DNA of 20,000 nt, from NCBI GenBank assembly GCA_002256025.1, contig NKIB01012676.1:53116-73115 (forward strand), written 5' to 3'. The DNA is from Asterionella formosa (taxonomy: Eukaryota). Each line of letters begins with the position of its first letter. Within the stretch, counting starts at the first letter, position 1. The notes under the pieces are model-generated. The model was not told the origin of the DNA and searched no databases. It saw only the letters and a list, made by a program, of their open reading frames with translations. A program made the translations under genes and the position numbers. Below are positions 19,922-20,000 of this stretch, piece by piece.

Positions 19922-20000
19922 ATGTCTACAGAAATGTCTGAAGAGAGCATGAGGCTCATCAAGTTTGATGGCAACGAAACGAACTGGTACCAGTGGAGCG
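19922..20000 (+). CDS. gag: Start of Copia Gag polyprotein (runs off the window end)
   Basis: MSTEMSEESMRLIKFDGNETNWYQWS matches the Copia Gag N-terminal F-x-G-x-x-x-x-W-x-x-W motif and lies immediately downstream of an LTR. Confidence 0.8.
   Translation, partial: MSTEMSEESMRLIKFDGNETNWYQWS

Overview
Eukaryotic, gene-dense DNA of moderate GC with few introns, most consistent with a diatom (stramenopile) nuclear genome; the taxon is inferred from gene families and Copia style. Host genes: a PIG-L/GPI12 de-N-acetylase (minus, runs off the window start, absent from the ORF track) divergent from an intronless RPC2; a TPR-like orphan; a GT8-type glycosyltransferase broken by an 8-bp insertion; a two-exon FANCJ-like Fe-S helicase with a PDZ-like domain inserted in its Fe-S domain; and a small two-exon putatively secreted protein. 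About 6.6-11.9 kb is a CpG-depleted transposon graveyard. It holds a TA-flanked MITE, an old Copia LTR and co-oriented minus-strand pseudogenes resembling a P2X7-ballast-type Cys domain and the C-terminal domain of stramenopile Crypton proteins. The window ends in the 5' LTR and gag start of a younger Copia element related to the old LTR. All family assignments come from motif recognition by eye, with no database search.
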